A stretch of 64,000 bases of DNA from Eledone cirrhosa (lineage: Eukaryota): contig OZ024742.1 in NCBI GenBank assembly GCA_964016885.1, positions 308,760,001-308,824,000 on the forward strand, given 5' to 3'. Made by a program: the position numbers and the translations under genes. Shown in pieces: positions 38,512-50,992 of this stretch (the stretch's first letter is position 1; every line of letters starts with the position of its first letter). The notes beneath the pieces were generated by a model, which saw only the letters and a list, made by a program, of their open reading frames with translations, had not been told where the DNA came from and did no database searches.

Positions 38512-39185
38512 TAGTTGTTATATCTTAAATATTTGAGGAAAGTACAGCGTAGAAATTATTCTTTGGCCTTTGGCTAAACTTAAGCCATTTCGATAACTAA
38601 TGAGAAAAGAATGGGATTAATTTCTCATTTGCTATCGAAACAGTTTCAGCTTAGCCGTCGGGCAAAGAATACTTATAATATATATATGTATATCCATCTA
38701 TGTGCTTCTGTGTGTGTGTGTGTGTGTGTCTCTCTCTCTCTCTCTATCTCTCACTCTCTCTCTCTATCTCTCGCTCTCTCTCTATATATATATATATATA
38801 TATCTCTCTATCTCTCTATCTCTCTATCTCTCTCCCTCTCTCTCTCTCTCTCCCTCTCTCCCGCTCTCACTCTCTCTCTCTCTCTCTCTCTCTGTGCCAT
38901 AATAAGGCAAAGTGAACAAAGCAAGGTAGACAGAAACAATCACAGAAAAGTACAATTCGGAATACGGTCATCAGCTGTACGGTGCAGTTTCGATGACACA
39001 TCAAAAGAACTTCTTGCTTCAAGTACCCTTGCATTGTTTAGATGGAGAATGACAACCAACAAAATACGTTAAAGAAGAACCATTCAACAATTCAAAAACA
39101 AGATTCTGCCAATGGTGTTAGCTGAAACAATGAACGATTGAACACTAATGCATTTTCGACTAAGAAAAGAGACAATGTACGCACG

Positions 39186-39320
39186 ATAATAATTGTTTCT
39201 ACTTTAGGCACAAGGCCAGCAATTACCCAGTACATTTCTGGTACTTTATTTTATCGACCCCGTAAGGATGAAAGGCAAAGTTAACCTCGGCGGGATGTGA
39301 ACTCACACTGAGTGCGTAAA
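39186..39320 (-). mobile_element. Meta-like SINE truncated by the minisatellite
   Basis: Matches the family consensus up to 39320. Confidence 0.75.
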
Positions 39321-39324
39321 GGAA

Positions 39325-40190
39325 GAAAGACAGGAAGTTTAGGCAACCCCAAATAAAGACAGGAAGTGTAGGCAGCCCCAAATAAAAACAGGAAGTGTAG
39401 GCAGCCCCAAACAAGACAGGAAGTATAGGCAACCCCAAATAAAGACAGGAAGTATAGGTAGACCCAAATAAAGACAGGAAATATAGGTAGACCCAAATAA
39501 AGATAGGAAGTGTAGGCAGCCCTCCAAAAAAGACAGGAAGTGTAGGCAGCCCCCCAAAAAAGACAGGAAGTATAGGTAGACCCAAATAAAGATAGGAAGT
39601 GTAGGCAGCCCTCCAAAAAAGACAGGAAGTGTAGGCAGCCCCCCAAAAAAGACAGGAAGTATAGGTAGACCCAAATAAAGACAGGAAGTGTAGGCAGTCC
39701 CAAATAAAGACAGGAGGTATAGGTAGACCCAAATAAAGACAGGAAGTGTAGGCAGTCCCAAATAAAGACAGGAGGTATAGGTAGACCCAAATAAAGACAG
39801 GAAGTGTAGGCAGTCCCAAATAAAGACAGGAGGTATAGGTAGACCCAAATAAAGACAGGAAGTGTAGGCAGTCCCAAATAAAGACAGGAGGTATAGGTAG
39901 ACCCAAATAAAGACAGGAAGTGTAGGCAGTCCCAAATAAAGACAGGAGGTATAGGTAGACCCAAATAAAGACAGGAAGTGTAGGCAGCCCCCCCCCCCCC
40001 CCCCAAAAAAAAGACAGGAAGTATAGGTAGACCCAAATAAAGACAGGAAATGTAGGCAGCCCCCCAATAAGACAGGAAATGTAGGCAGCCCCAAAGACTG
40101 ACAGGACCTGTAGGCAGCCCCAAAGAGAGACAGGAAGTGTAGGCAGCCCAAAATAAAGAGAAGAAATGTAAACAGCCCCAAACAGGAAGT
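39325..40190. repeat. 29-bp minisatellite with a 58-bp higher-order dimer
   Basis: aaataaagacaggaagtgtaggcagtccc alternates with aaataaagacaggaggtataggtagaccc. Confidence 0.95.
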
Positions 40191-40805
40191 GAAGGTAGTA
40201 GGGAGAAGATAAGGAGCAGAGTTTAGGCAAAAGAGGAGGAGAAAGTGAGAGAGAGGTGGAAAAGTGAGAGTGAGGAAAAGAGGAAGGAAAGGAGATGAGT
40301 TAACAGAATGACAGTTGAGTGGTAAGAATGCACGTGTGTGTGTATGGCTATATATATATATATGTATGCGCGTGTGTAGGTATATGTGTGCGTACGTGTG
40401 TATGTCTATATGTGTGCGTGTTTCTCTGCATCTGTATGTGTGAGATGCGTAAAAATTATGCAGAAAAGGAGAGAGTGAGAGAGAGCAAGCAAGAAAGAAT
40501 CGCAGAAAGAGAGAGAGAGAGAGAGAGAGAGATGATGATGATGATGAGGAGGAGGAGGAGGAGGAGGAGGAGAAATATGACTAACAGAGTTCTGAACATT
40601 GAATTTCCGTCTCGTTGATAATATAAAGGTGGTATATATTATACATACATATTTATATATATATTTATATTTACACATATATTTATATATATTATATATA
40701 CACACACACACACACATATATATATATGTATATATGTATAATATATATAAATATATGTGGATATATATATATATATGTATGCATAATATATATAAATATA
40801 TGTGG

Positions 40806-40842
<37 letters not shown>

Positions 40843-40969
40843 TATATAATATATATAAACATATATGTATATATATATATATATGTATAATATATATAAA
40901 TATATATATATGTATAATATATATAAATATATATGTGTATATATGTGTGTGTGTGTATGTGTAATATAA

Positions 40970-41044
<75 letters not shown>

Positions 41045-41711
41045 TAATACATATAAGTGTGAGTATGTGTATGTATGTGTTCAACTATATATGGCTAGAT
41101 GGTCTAAGTATGTCTAAGTATGTTGTGTATGCATGGTGTGCAATTTAGTTCTTGATGTGGCTTTGGCTTAAAATATAAGCCAATCTTTTAAAGACTTTGA
41201 CCTGACCTTAACATTAAGTTTAATATCAGGAAAACGTATGAGGTGGCAGTAATTTGCTACACATCAATATCAGCTCGATCGACATCAAGAGACCCTGAAT
41301 GAACCTAAAGTTGACGTGCTGCTCTTATGACCCATAAAATCATTGGTATATATCAAAATAATAAACCAATCAATACTCTAGTGAAGCGCTTATATTACGA
41401 ATATCAGTGTCTTTCGAAATCTGGTTGCCAGCCTATTATTGCTAAATATATTGGTACATATACTGAATCTTGTTTATTTACACATCTTTTATTAGTTTCC
41501 GTTGTCCAGTTTAAGTATGGTTAACTCGTCTGGTTTAATCATGAGTAACCATCGGGTTTAACTATAGTTAATTCAACCGTTTAACAAGTATCTATGGTTA
41601 CTTTGTTCGGTTTGGTTTATCCGTAACTACCTCTACTGCGTGTGTATGTGGTAAAAATTATGCAGAAAAGGAAAGAGAGAGAGAGAAAGCAAGAAACAAT
41701 CTAAGAGAAAA

Positions 41712-41748
<37 letters not shown>

Positions 41749-41802
41749 GAAATATGAAAAACGAAGTTCTAAGCAGTGAATTTCCGTCTCGTTAATGTGG
41801 AG

Positions 41803-41890
<88 letters not shown>

Positions 41891-41893
<3 letters not shown>

Positions 41894-42240
41894 TTTTTCG
41901 AGGTTTTTGATATGAAATCGTGTGTCGAAACAAATATTGTTATACTTGGGGAGGGTCATATTTGTGTAGTAATATTGCCAGAATTACTAACAGAACACAC
42001 TCACTGTTTTACTTTTTTAGATTTCTTCTTGTCTACACTGGTTAGCTAATTTCCCTCCAGGGGTAGCGTCCACAAGCATGACACTCTGGTATCTCTGATT
42101 ATCGTACCATGAGGTGGCTTTCCCTATCTTATGTGTAGTCCTATCTAAGCTATTCCATGATTTGCTCCTGTATAATGGGCAAAGTGTGTGTGTTATTAAT
42201 TCTGGCAATATTATTACACAAATATGACCCTCCCAAGTAT

Positions 42241-42247
<7 letters not shown>
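41891..42247 (-). mobile_element. Fold-back element, family D
   Basis: Inverted arms ~41934-42000 and 42184-42247, tail on the left, (TA)n flanks. Confidence 0.7.
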
Positions 42248-42312
<65 letters not shown>

Positions 42313-42329
42313 ATGTATATATATATACA

Positions 42330-42670
42330 CCTCCATATTTATTTTAATTAAATATACAGTATATTGCCAAATATACTATACATACATTCATGTATACACC
42401 GCTATTTCAGAGCACCAATCCTAATTTTTAATTTTTGCTGGACCGGCAATCGCTCTGTATAATCAGTTCCTGATTATTACTGGAATTCTATAAGAATCCA
42501 GCCTCTATAATTTTCGGAAAAGGCCGGGAGTTCGATGCTCTGAGGATCGCCAACAGCGTGAAATAGAATCTGTCAGCTTCTCTCCCTTCTTTTGCCGAAA
42601 AGTGATATAGTCACTACTTTAAAGATGATAGCGCAAACATACAGTATATTGACAAATATACTATACATAC

Positions 42671-42675
<5 letters not shown>
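42330..42675 (+). mobile_element. Hammerhead element bounded by 35-bp direct repeats
   Basis: atacagtatattg(c/a)caaatatactatacatacatt at 42354 and 42639, with a hammerhead in between. Confidence 0.65.
42537..42577 (+). ncRNA. Type I hammerhead ribozyme
   Basis: gct-CTGAGGA-t cgc caaca gcg t-GAAA-tag aat ctg-TC-agc; GUC triplet. Confidence 0.75.
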
Positions 42676-42715
<40 letters not shown>

Positions 42716-42716
<1 letters not shown>

Positions 42717-43293
42717 ACACCTCCAAACTTAATAAAATTAACAAAGAGAGGACTACGAACGGAAACAAGACAAAACGAAAAACAGTTTTTTAAGGGGAAA
42801 CCTTAAAAAAAATGACAAATGAAGTACACAGAACTCCAGGATCATCGGCTGTAGAGATGGACTTGGGCAGTTTCGACCCCTACCAATGGTATTGCTGGTC
42901 CACCCGGGATCACAGCGTCTGACACAAGCCAAACGCTGTCCAGTGGAGTAAGAGACGAGAGAAAAAACCTTAAAAAGTGTATGACGTTTGGGTGTAGTGT
43001 TATTTAAAGGTTTTATACTAATAATTCAAATGTTGCCAGTCATTATTAATAAAAGTTGTTATTAATAAATCCGTAAAAATATAACTTAAGAAGTGCAATA
43101 TTCATTCTTATATGTTTGTTCAAAGGTGTTGCTGAGCACAAACGTTAGATATACACGAGTGACTTACAGGTAGAAACTGACCCCAACGAAACATGAGTAC
43201 CTATTTATGTCATTTTTGTAATTATTTATACTAAACTCATCCTATGGACTGAGTGCTCTTACTCTTGGATATTTCCACTTAACTTTCACTTCA

Positions 43294-43295
<2 letters not shown>
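42716..43295 (+). mobile_element. Family G-related element with tail motif
   Basis: caacGAAACatgaGTA hammerhead 3' half and ACTCatcctatggacTGAGTGCT (43235-43257); (TA)n flanks. Confidence 0.5.
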
Positions 43296-43335
<40 letters not shown>

Positions 43336-43472
43336 CCAAAGGTTAAACAAGGTTCATTGATTAATCAATGAATATAGTTTTACAATAGATTAGAAGCACT
43401 CAACAAAGAGTTTTCTGGAGTTATTAATATTAATTCAAAATATTAATAAATATAGACCTTCACGTAATCAAA

Positions 43473-43544
43473 ATATATTTTATTATATATATTTCGGAGG
43501 TACTGTGCTGTTTTTTCAGTACGTCCTCATCAGTTAAAATATAT
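43473..43544 (-). ncRNA. Type I hammerhead ribozyme
   Basis: Mirror of 43654-43725. Confidence 0.75.
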
Positions 43545-43653
43545 AAATTGATGTATGACATACCTCAACTGTGCTGATCGTTCAATTCCAGTTTTGACTG
43601 CCAAGACTGGAATTGAACCATCAGCACAGTTGAGGTATGTCATACATCAATTT

Positions 43654-43725
43654 ATATATTTTATCTGATGAGGACGTACTAAAAAAACAGCACAGTACCT
43701 CCGAAATATATATAATAAAATATAT
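43654..43725 (+). ncRNA. Type I hammerhead ribozyme
   Basis: atatattttat-CTGATGA-ggacgtact..agtacctcc-GAAA-tatata-TA-ataaaatatat. Confidence 0.82.
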
Positions 43726-44717
43726 TTTGATTACGTGAAGGTCTATATTTATTAATATTTTGAATTAATATATATATAATACCTGTCAACTAAATTTCCC
43801 CATCCATCCTAGGCTAGGGTGAAAGACTTTTGCTCTATGTGGCGTGCAATGGCATCGAACGTGAAACTATATATTTGTGAAACGAACATCTTAACCACGC
43901 AGCCATGTCTGTGTCCACACTTCGTATTAAACAATAATTATAACAACTAGAATATTGAGAAATTCTAAAAGCCATGATAATACTGGAATATATCAATCTA
44001 AGTTTGTAAGCTACTTGTAATCAAGAGTAATTTAGTAGTATGTAACATACCTTTGATAAGGGCTTTATGTGCTCTTACAGATGCGAGAAAACATAGACGC
44101 TCTCACAACTCTCAACATGTTGTTCTAGGTCTTCCATAACCATAAAAATTCGTGTCCCCAGGAAAGGTGCCACCTCAGAAGTTATACCTTCATATTTGGG
44201 AAAATATTTTTTATTTGCTCTTTGTAGAAACCTGGCACACCTGATCTCTCTCTCTCCTTCTCTCTCTCTCTCTCTCTCTCTCTCCCTCTCTCTCTCCCTA
44301 TCTCTCAATCTCCCTCCCTCCCTCTCTCTCTCCTTCTCTCTCTCTCTCTCTCTCTCTTATTTGATCCAGCGAAATGTCCAGGATGAGACTGCAGGAAGGA
44401 GAGGGGACTGCGCCACCACAGTGTTGGTACTTTATTTATCGATCCCAAAATGATGAAAGGTAAAGTGGACTACGACGAGATTTGAACTGAGAAAGACCGA
44501 CCTGGAACTCTTTAATGATTCTACCAAATCGACGGTATTTAAATACAACACAAAAGACATTACAAAAATTGTATTCTTCAAAACAACAAAAAGCTAAAAA
44601 GCAAAATCAAACTCAGACAGACTTCATTGAATGGATTTCATACAACTTTCGCCAACAACACAATCTACTGCAGCAATACAACAATATATATGTGCGTTTG
44701 TGTGTGTGCATATATGC

Positions 44718-44758
<41 letters not shown>

Positions 44759-44765
44759 CATATAT

Positions 44766-44830
<65 letters not shown>

Positions 44831-44852
44831 TGCATATATACATACACACACA

Positions 44853-44918
<66 letters not shown>

Positions 44919-47593
44919 GTGGCGGGTACCTGAGTTTGTTCTACAGTGTTAAGTTCTTTAGACATACGATTCCGAAGTCAGAAAAATACCATTTTCATAT
45001 CTAATCAGGTTTCGATCAATAGTTTAAATTCAGATCAAAATATGAGACTTATCTGTGATGCTATTAAATTTTATTTATCGCTACTATATACAGTTTCATT
45101 CTGCCATTTGTTAAAATGGAATAAAAATGAAAATATTCGGAAAAATATCTAATCTGGAACATTAATGTTGAAAATGCATCGTTTTGCAGTCACATATCCT
45201 AATGTTTTCGTTTAGTTCCTAATCTGACGCCTAAAAAATATTCTTTAGTTAGAATGTTTTCAGTATTATTTCAAAAAAGAATTTACAAAAGATTTTAAAT
45301 ATTTCCCTCACTCTATCAGATCTATTTGATATTTTGAAGAAAAAAACTGTTTATTATCTCAGCTGAATCTTCGGGTATGTAAAATCAATATCCATCAATA
45401 TCAGCGTTGTCGACATCACTACAATTTCTATTATATGTTATAAGATAAGGAATTGAGAATTTATCAAATGTTATATATATTGACGTATATGTGTATGAAA
45501 TCGTTTTTATTTATTCTTTGTATTCGTTTCATGAAAAGGAGTTTCATTTATACTTTGTAACAAAACTCTGTCAATAACCGACAAACATTAACATCAATAT
45601 AGATTTACATCCCGTCTGAGGATAGGACCTTCTGAGGTGGAATGTTAGACGCAGCGGGTGTCTCTGGATGTTCTCCGCGACAATGTTTTCGCCATCTTGT
45701 CCGCCGGTCGTAGCAGAAATACACCACTCAGTTAAGAGTGTAGAGCTTATCTTTGCTTTCCTCCTTCAGATTTTTCATTATTTATGTTCCCCTCCACATC
45801 TACGTTTTTTCTCTTATTTTCTCTTTCAGTTTATTATTTTAATCCACTTTTTAAAAATACTTTCATTATTGTATACCTCTATTCAATAATAAATTTTATT
45901 TTAACTGTTTTACTTAGAAAGTGAATTAACAGAACAATGAACGGGTTTACATGATCTATTTCTTGGCCTAAAAATTTTAGATTTCCAAAATTGTTGCTCA
46001 AATATTTAGAAAAATGAATAAGTACTCTAACAATCTCAGGTACAAATGTAAGTGTGTAATCTGAGTTAAACTGGTAGTAGGTCCTAGTTTGTTTATTTGT
46101 TTGTTTGTCGTTTACATGGTCTCTCGCTTAATATGTTTTGCTTTGAAATGCAATCATCGAGATCAACAAACTCATATAATAAATAGTAATATTGATTTCT
46201 AAGTTCGTCACAAGACCAGCAAATTGGCGGGAAAGAAAGAGTTGATTGAATCCACCCCAGTACTGGATTGGTACTTTATTTTATAGACACCAGAAGGATG
46301 AAAAACAAAGTTGACCTTGGTGAATTTTAAACCCAGAATGAGCCAGAACAAATACGCTATGACATTATATGTGACGCTCTACCGATTCTGCCAATCTACT
46401 ACCTTTAATAAATAGCAATTAAAATTTAAAATTATTTACAGAAGCTCTTAGTGAAACAAAAATCGTTTAAAAAAGAATTTTATGGATGCCTCGAAATTCT
46501 TTATATAAGGTAAATACAGTATAAAACGTAAATCACAGCATACCATGATCCACGTGGAAAGAATGGAGAATGCGTTACCTCAGGGTGACGATGAAGATGT
46601 ACTGAAAGAGCCACCCCACCTCACAGTATTTGTTTATGCAGATGACCGACTCCATCCCAATCGGAATTAATATGGAGGTAATTCAAGGAAATAGAAAACG
46701 TTTTCTTTCTAATCAAAGCACTGACAAGATGAATCAAACATCTTGTGTAATCCGAGGTTTTTCATTTAAAAATGCTAAAAAACTGTCCCTGATCACTCAA
46801 TATGTCTGATTCATCTAGTCAGTACTTTGATTAAAAAAACATTTTCGAGTTTGTAAATAACAAATACGTTCCCAGTCATATTCCTCTACGGAATACTGAA
46901 GTCTATGTGGGGGCAGTACACACATGAGTGTAGGCTTTCTCTTTTAACCTCTCAACTGCTATTTGAAAATAATAAAATATGCAACAGCTTTTAAGTAACC
47001 CTTCTACAAACTGACGAATATTCGGTTTTAAATTCTCAATCACCAGAAACCATATTATAACTGTCCACAAATGTTATTTTTGTCATCGATGGTCTCTGAC
47101 CTAAAAGTTAAAAGAAGGAAAATATACAAAAGCTCTCGACACAAGCCAATTCAAATTTATTTACAGACTTTAGCAACACTTAAAATTCGTTATTGTTTTC
47201 TTTCACAATTCAAATTGTTTTATTGATTAGTTTGAGAATAGTTTGGCCATTAATAGCTTTCTATAGATCACCGTTTAGATTCCATTCTTACCATTAAACA
47301 ACTGATTATTTTCTCACAATTCGCTTTTAAAATCCATTATTATCATCAGATATACTACAAATTGAAAGTAAAGAGATATTGCGTTTCATTTATATATTTG
47401 TTTTTGTCATTTGATTCTTATCGATTACATCATCAAATGTTTTTCGAAATATATTTAAGAACATTAACAGATAAACTGTATTTCCTGACGAAATGTGTGA
47501 TATTCTGGTCAGCGGGTCGTTTCTTACAAAATCCATTGTTTGGAACTCCAAAAGGACTTATGATATATGTTTTAATCAAAGGATTTACGTATG

Positions 47594-48320
47594 TCTATAT
47601 CTATACTATAAAGCTGACGTCCGTATGTAGGTAACAAACTTTCCGCCAAACGGCTGGACTTAACAGCACCAAATTTTCACCATAGAGGTAACTTTTTCCA
47701 AGTAAAAAAGTGAGGGTATTTTTGTCTACTGAATTTTGTTAAAAGATTAAAGCCATTATTTAAATATTTACTTCTTTAAAATTTCAAATATCAACACGTC
47801 CGGTTATACGTCACTCCTCACTTTTTCTTATGACGTCGCACAATATTCGGCTCTTTTTCATAGTCTGTCTTTTTAGATAGATACTTAGCTATAACGTAGC
47901 GCCGATATAATATGTCTCTGTATGTCTTGGCTGTCTGCATTAGATAACGTTTTTCGAAATATTTACTTCTGCGTTCACAGACGTATTTTTTAGTTTCAGA
48001 ATATCCCGTTGAGGGTGAAAGCAGCGATTCTTTGCTTAAACTTTAATATGTTATTTTAATATATATATTCGTGTACAGATATTTTTGCATACACAAAAAC
48101 CAAAACCTATTTATTTCATGAAAGCACAGACGGCTTATCGTCATTGTTACTGTTCGAGGTTAGAGGACCACAGTCTTTCCAAGATCTGAGAACCATCAAT
48201 GGCCATCAATGTTCCCCTTACCGTTTGGCTTGCCAGATGCGTGGTATGTTACACGATGACAGCCATTGGCACCTCACCCTGCACGAAGCAGCAACTGCTA
48301 AAGTCCCTTCTCAGCTGCGA

Positions 48321-48324
<4 letters not shown>
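47594..48324 (+). mobile_element. Helitron fragment
   Basis: 5' TCTATATCTATACTATAAAG..aaacggctggac..aaattt start; 48144-48324 encodes LLFEVRGPQSFQDLRTING...ACQMRGMLHDDSHWHLTLHEAA...PSQLR (RepHel linker region). Confidence 0.8.
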
Positions 48325-48387
<63 letters not shown>

Positions 48388-48428
48388 ATATTAAATAAAT
48401 GGAAACTATATTTATAAAACCATATTTA

Positions 48429-48485
48429 TTCTATTATATATATTTCAAGGGTACCAAAATTTTGGTACACTATCATCAGATAAAA
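48429..48485 (-). ncRNA. Type I hammerhead ribozyme (family J-related element, 48382-48552)
   Basis: ttttat-CTGATGA-tagtgtaccaaa..tttggtaccctt-GAAA-tatata-TA-atagaa. Confidence 0.8.
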
Positions 48486-48549
48486 TACGAAGTGTGTTTT
48501 ATAAATTTTGACATAACCAAGGAGAATATACCTTAACGGTTCAAGTTTT

Positions 48550-48620
<71 letters not shown>

Positions 48621-48624
<4 letters not shown>

Positions 48625-48770
48625 AAAAGAGTCAGGATCTAGCTGTCGAAATAGCCGGAGCTCAGCCGTAGGGGTCCTGACTCTTTTCCTATTATCCACT
48701 CTACTATCGTAAGTATTAAGTACTCTGGTGCGTTCTGGGGTACCTGGTATTTTACTACACCCTCTTTGTT
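48621..48770 (+). mobile_element. Fold-back element, family A (short inverted arm)
   Basis: taggaaaagagtcagga / tcctgactcttttccta plus tail. Confidence 0.75.
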
Positions 48771-48938
48771 ATATATATTTATATATATATATATATATAT
48801 ATGCAGAGGTTATATTTAATTTGTTGGGATTCAACAAGCTTAAAAATGTTTATAACTGATATATAGCACTCAACAATATTGTGGAGTAAATATTCAATAT
48901 ATTAATAAATGGAAACTATATTTATAAAATCATAATTA

Positions 48939-49000
48939 TGTTATTATATATATTTCAAGGCCAACCAAGGCAAATTATGGTGCGCTTTCATCAGATAAAA
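48939..49000 (-). ncRNA. Type I hammerhead ribozyme (family J-related element, 48802-49042)
   Basis: ttttat-CTGATGA-aagcgcacca..tggttggcctt-GAAA-tatata-TA-ataa; tail ACTCcacaatattgtTGAGTGCT. Confidence 0.75.
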
Positions 49001-49038
49001 TACAGATTTGTTTTATAAATAAATATTGACATACCAGG

Positions 49039-49104
<66 letters not shown>

Positions 49105-49574
49105 AGCAATAATGTACGTGCCAGTGATGTTTTAAAATAATTAATCACTCACTTTTAAAATCAATAAAATGTTACCACACATTGCCTCTCATCTCTCTTT
49201 CTCTTCAATGGCTCTCCTTCTCTCTCCACTCTCTCCTTCTCTCTCCCTCTCTCTCGCTCTCTCTCTCCTTCTCTTTCACTCACTTACTCAATTTCTATAC
49301 ATATCCTATCAACACCCCTTATACTTTTTTCCTCTTTCTTATTCTCTTTCTTCACCTATTTATATCCTTACCTCGTCTCTTCCTGCTTTCATCTCACTCA
49401 ACTGATAAGTCAAAATTTCGATCGCACCATCAGGTCTCATTGATCTTTATCGCAATCTTTAGAAATGCCATTATCGCCATCATCATCATCACCATCGTCG
49501 TCGTTGCCATCGTCGTTGTCATCATCATCACCATTATAATCGCCATGGTTGTCATCATCTCGTCATTCATATTA

Positions 49575-50480
49575 TTGTGGAGTGGCAGTATCGGTTGCGG
49601 CATAGAGTCACGACCCTTTACGTTCTTAGTTCAAATCCCGCTGATGTTAGCTTTGCCATTCATCCTCCCGGGGTCGATAAATAAAGCACCAGTAATTCAC
49701 TGGGGTCGATTTAACCGACATTCCCCTCTCCCCAAATTGCTGGCCTTGTGCCTATAGTAGAAATCATTATTATTTTTTATTGAGGGCAGTGGATTTTCTT
49801 CCCTATTATTTCTTCAATATTGGGGCGGTGGATTGGCAGTATCGGTGGAGGGTCGGACGTCATGCTTTGCAGTATAGAGTTACAGCCCTTTATGATCTGA
49901 GTTCAAATCCCGCTGAGGTTAACTTTGCCTTTCATCCTTGCGGGGTCGATAAAATAAAGTACCAGTCACGCACTGGGGTTGATTTAATCGACTTCCCACT
50001 CCCCCCCCAAATTACTGGCCTTGTGCCTATATACGAAACCATTATTTCTTCAATATTAAGGAGATCGATTTAGTTACGGCTCTTTATGTTCTGGGTTTAA
50101 ATTCCGCGAGATCAATTTTGATTTCTATCCTCAAGGCTCCAATAAAAATCCCGCTGAGGTTTGCTTTGCCTTTAGTCTTTACGAGGTCGATAAAATAAAG
50201 TACCAGTCACGTACTGGGATCGATTTAATCGACTTTCCCCTTCCCCAAAATTGCTGGTCTTGTGCCTAAATCAGAAACCATTGTTAGTGTTACTGTTCTT
50301 GTTGTTGCTTTTGTTGTTGTTAACTCTTTACGTTCTGAATTCAAATCTTGTCGGGATCAACTTCACCTTTCATCCTGCCTCTATCTATAAAATAAGTACT
50401 AATCAAGTACAGGGACCAATTTAATCACTTTCTCCTCCCCCTAAATTTTGCTGACCTTGTCCCTATATTAGAAATTATTG
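49575..50480 (+). mobile_element. Head-to-tail array of 4-5 Meta-like SINEs
   Basis: Repeated core ctttgcctttcatcc...gtcgataaaataaagtaccag...ggccttgtgcct. Confidence 0.8.
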
Positions 50481-50960
50481 TTACTGGTATTGTTGTTGTT
50501 GTTGTCGTTGCTGTTGTTGTTGTTGTTATTGTCGTTGCTGTTGTTGTAATAACAACTTCTGTCCTTATATCACCATACACGTCCCTATTACTTCCATCGT
50601 GTAATTGGCTTATTGTTAGTAATTATACTGAAATAGCGATTTAAATTATATGCTAACTAGAATAACTTCCTGTATACATCACTACTTTTCACAAGAAAGG
50701 CATGAACACCACAGAATTATCAGTGGTACATCCCCCCTATATTTAAATCTGATTGATGTGTTGTGTCTCGTCAAAGCAATAATCAATCAATTTTAACAAA
50801 CTGCGCCTATGTCACGTCAGGCGAAAGTAGCATTCTTCCTCCAATAACACAAACACTTTCCTTATTGATTAGTATATCGATTTAGATGTCACTTCTTGCG
50901 CCATGTAATCAGCAATGGTATTTAATTCTTATATTTTTTTGTCTCTTGTTGGATTCTTGG

Positions 50961-50992
<32 letters not shown>

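Larger units (their letters stand above)
43335..43771 (-). mobile_element. Fold-back element, family J
   Basis: ~170-bp arms 43427-43596 and 43602-43771; left tail reads ACTCtttgtTGAGTGCT on the minus strand. Confidence 0.85.

Noticed and set aside
39325-40190. CRISPR-like periodicity
   Set aside because: No unique spacers and no cas genes; eukaryotic context
39223-40230. Three long overlapping minus-strand ORFs (280-335 aa)
   Set aside because: By-product of a stop-free minisatellite
40430-41810. Duplicated ~190-bp purine-rich segment (40430-40635 and 41640-41806)
   Set aside because: Looks like an old local duplication with no recognisable function
47010-47520. Isolated CTGACGA heptamers
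   Set aside because: No stem II or GAAA in register
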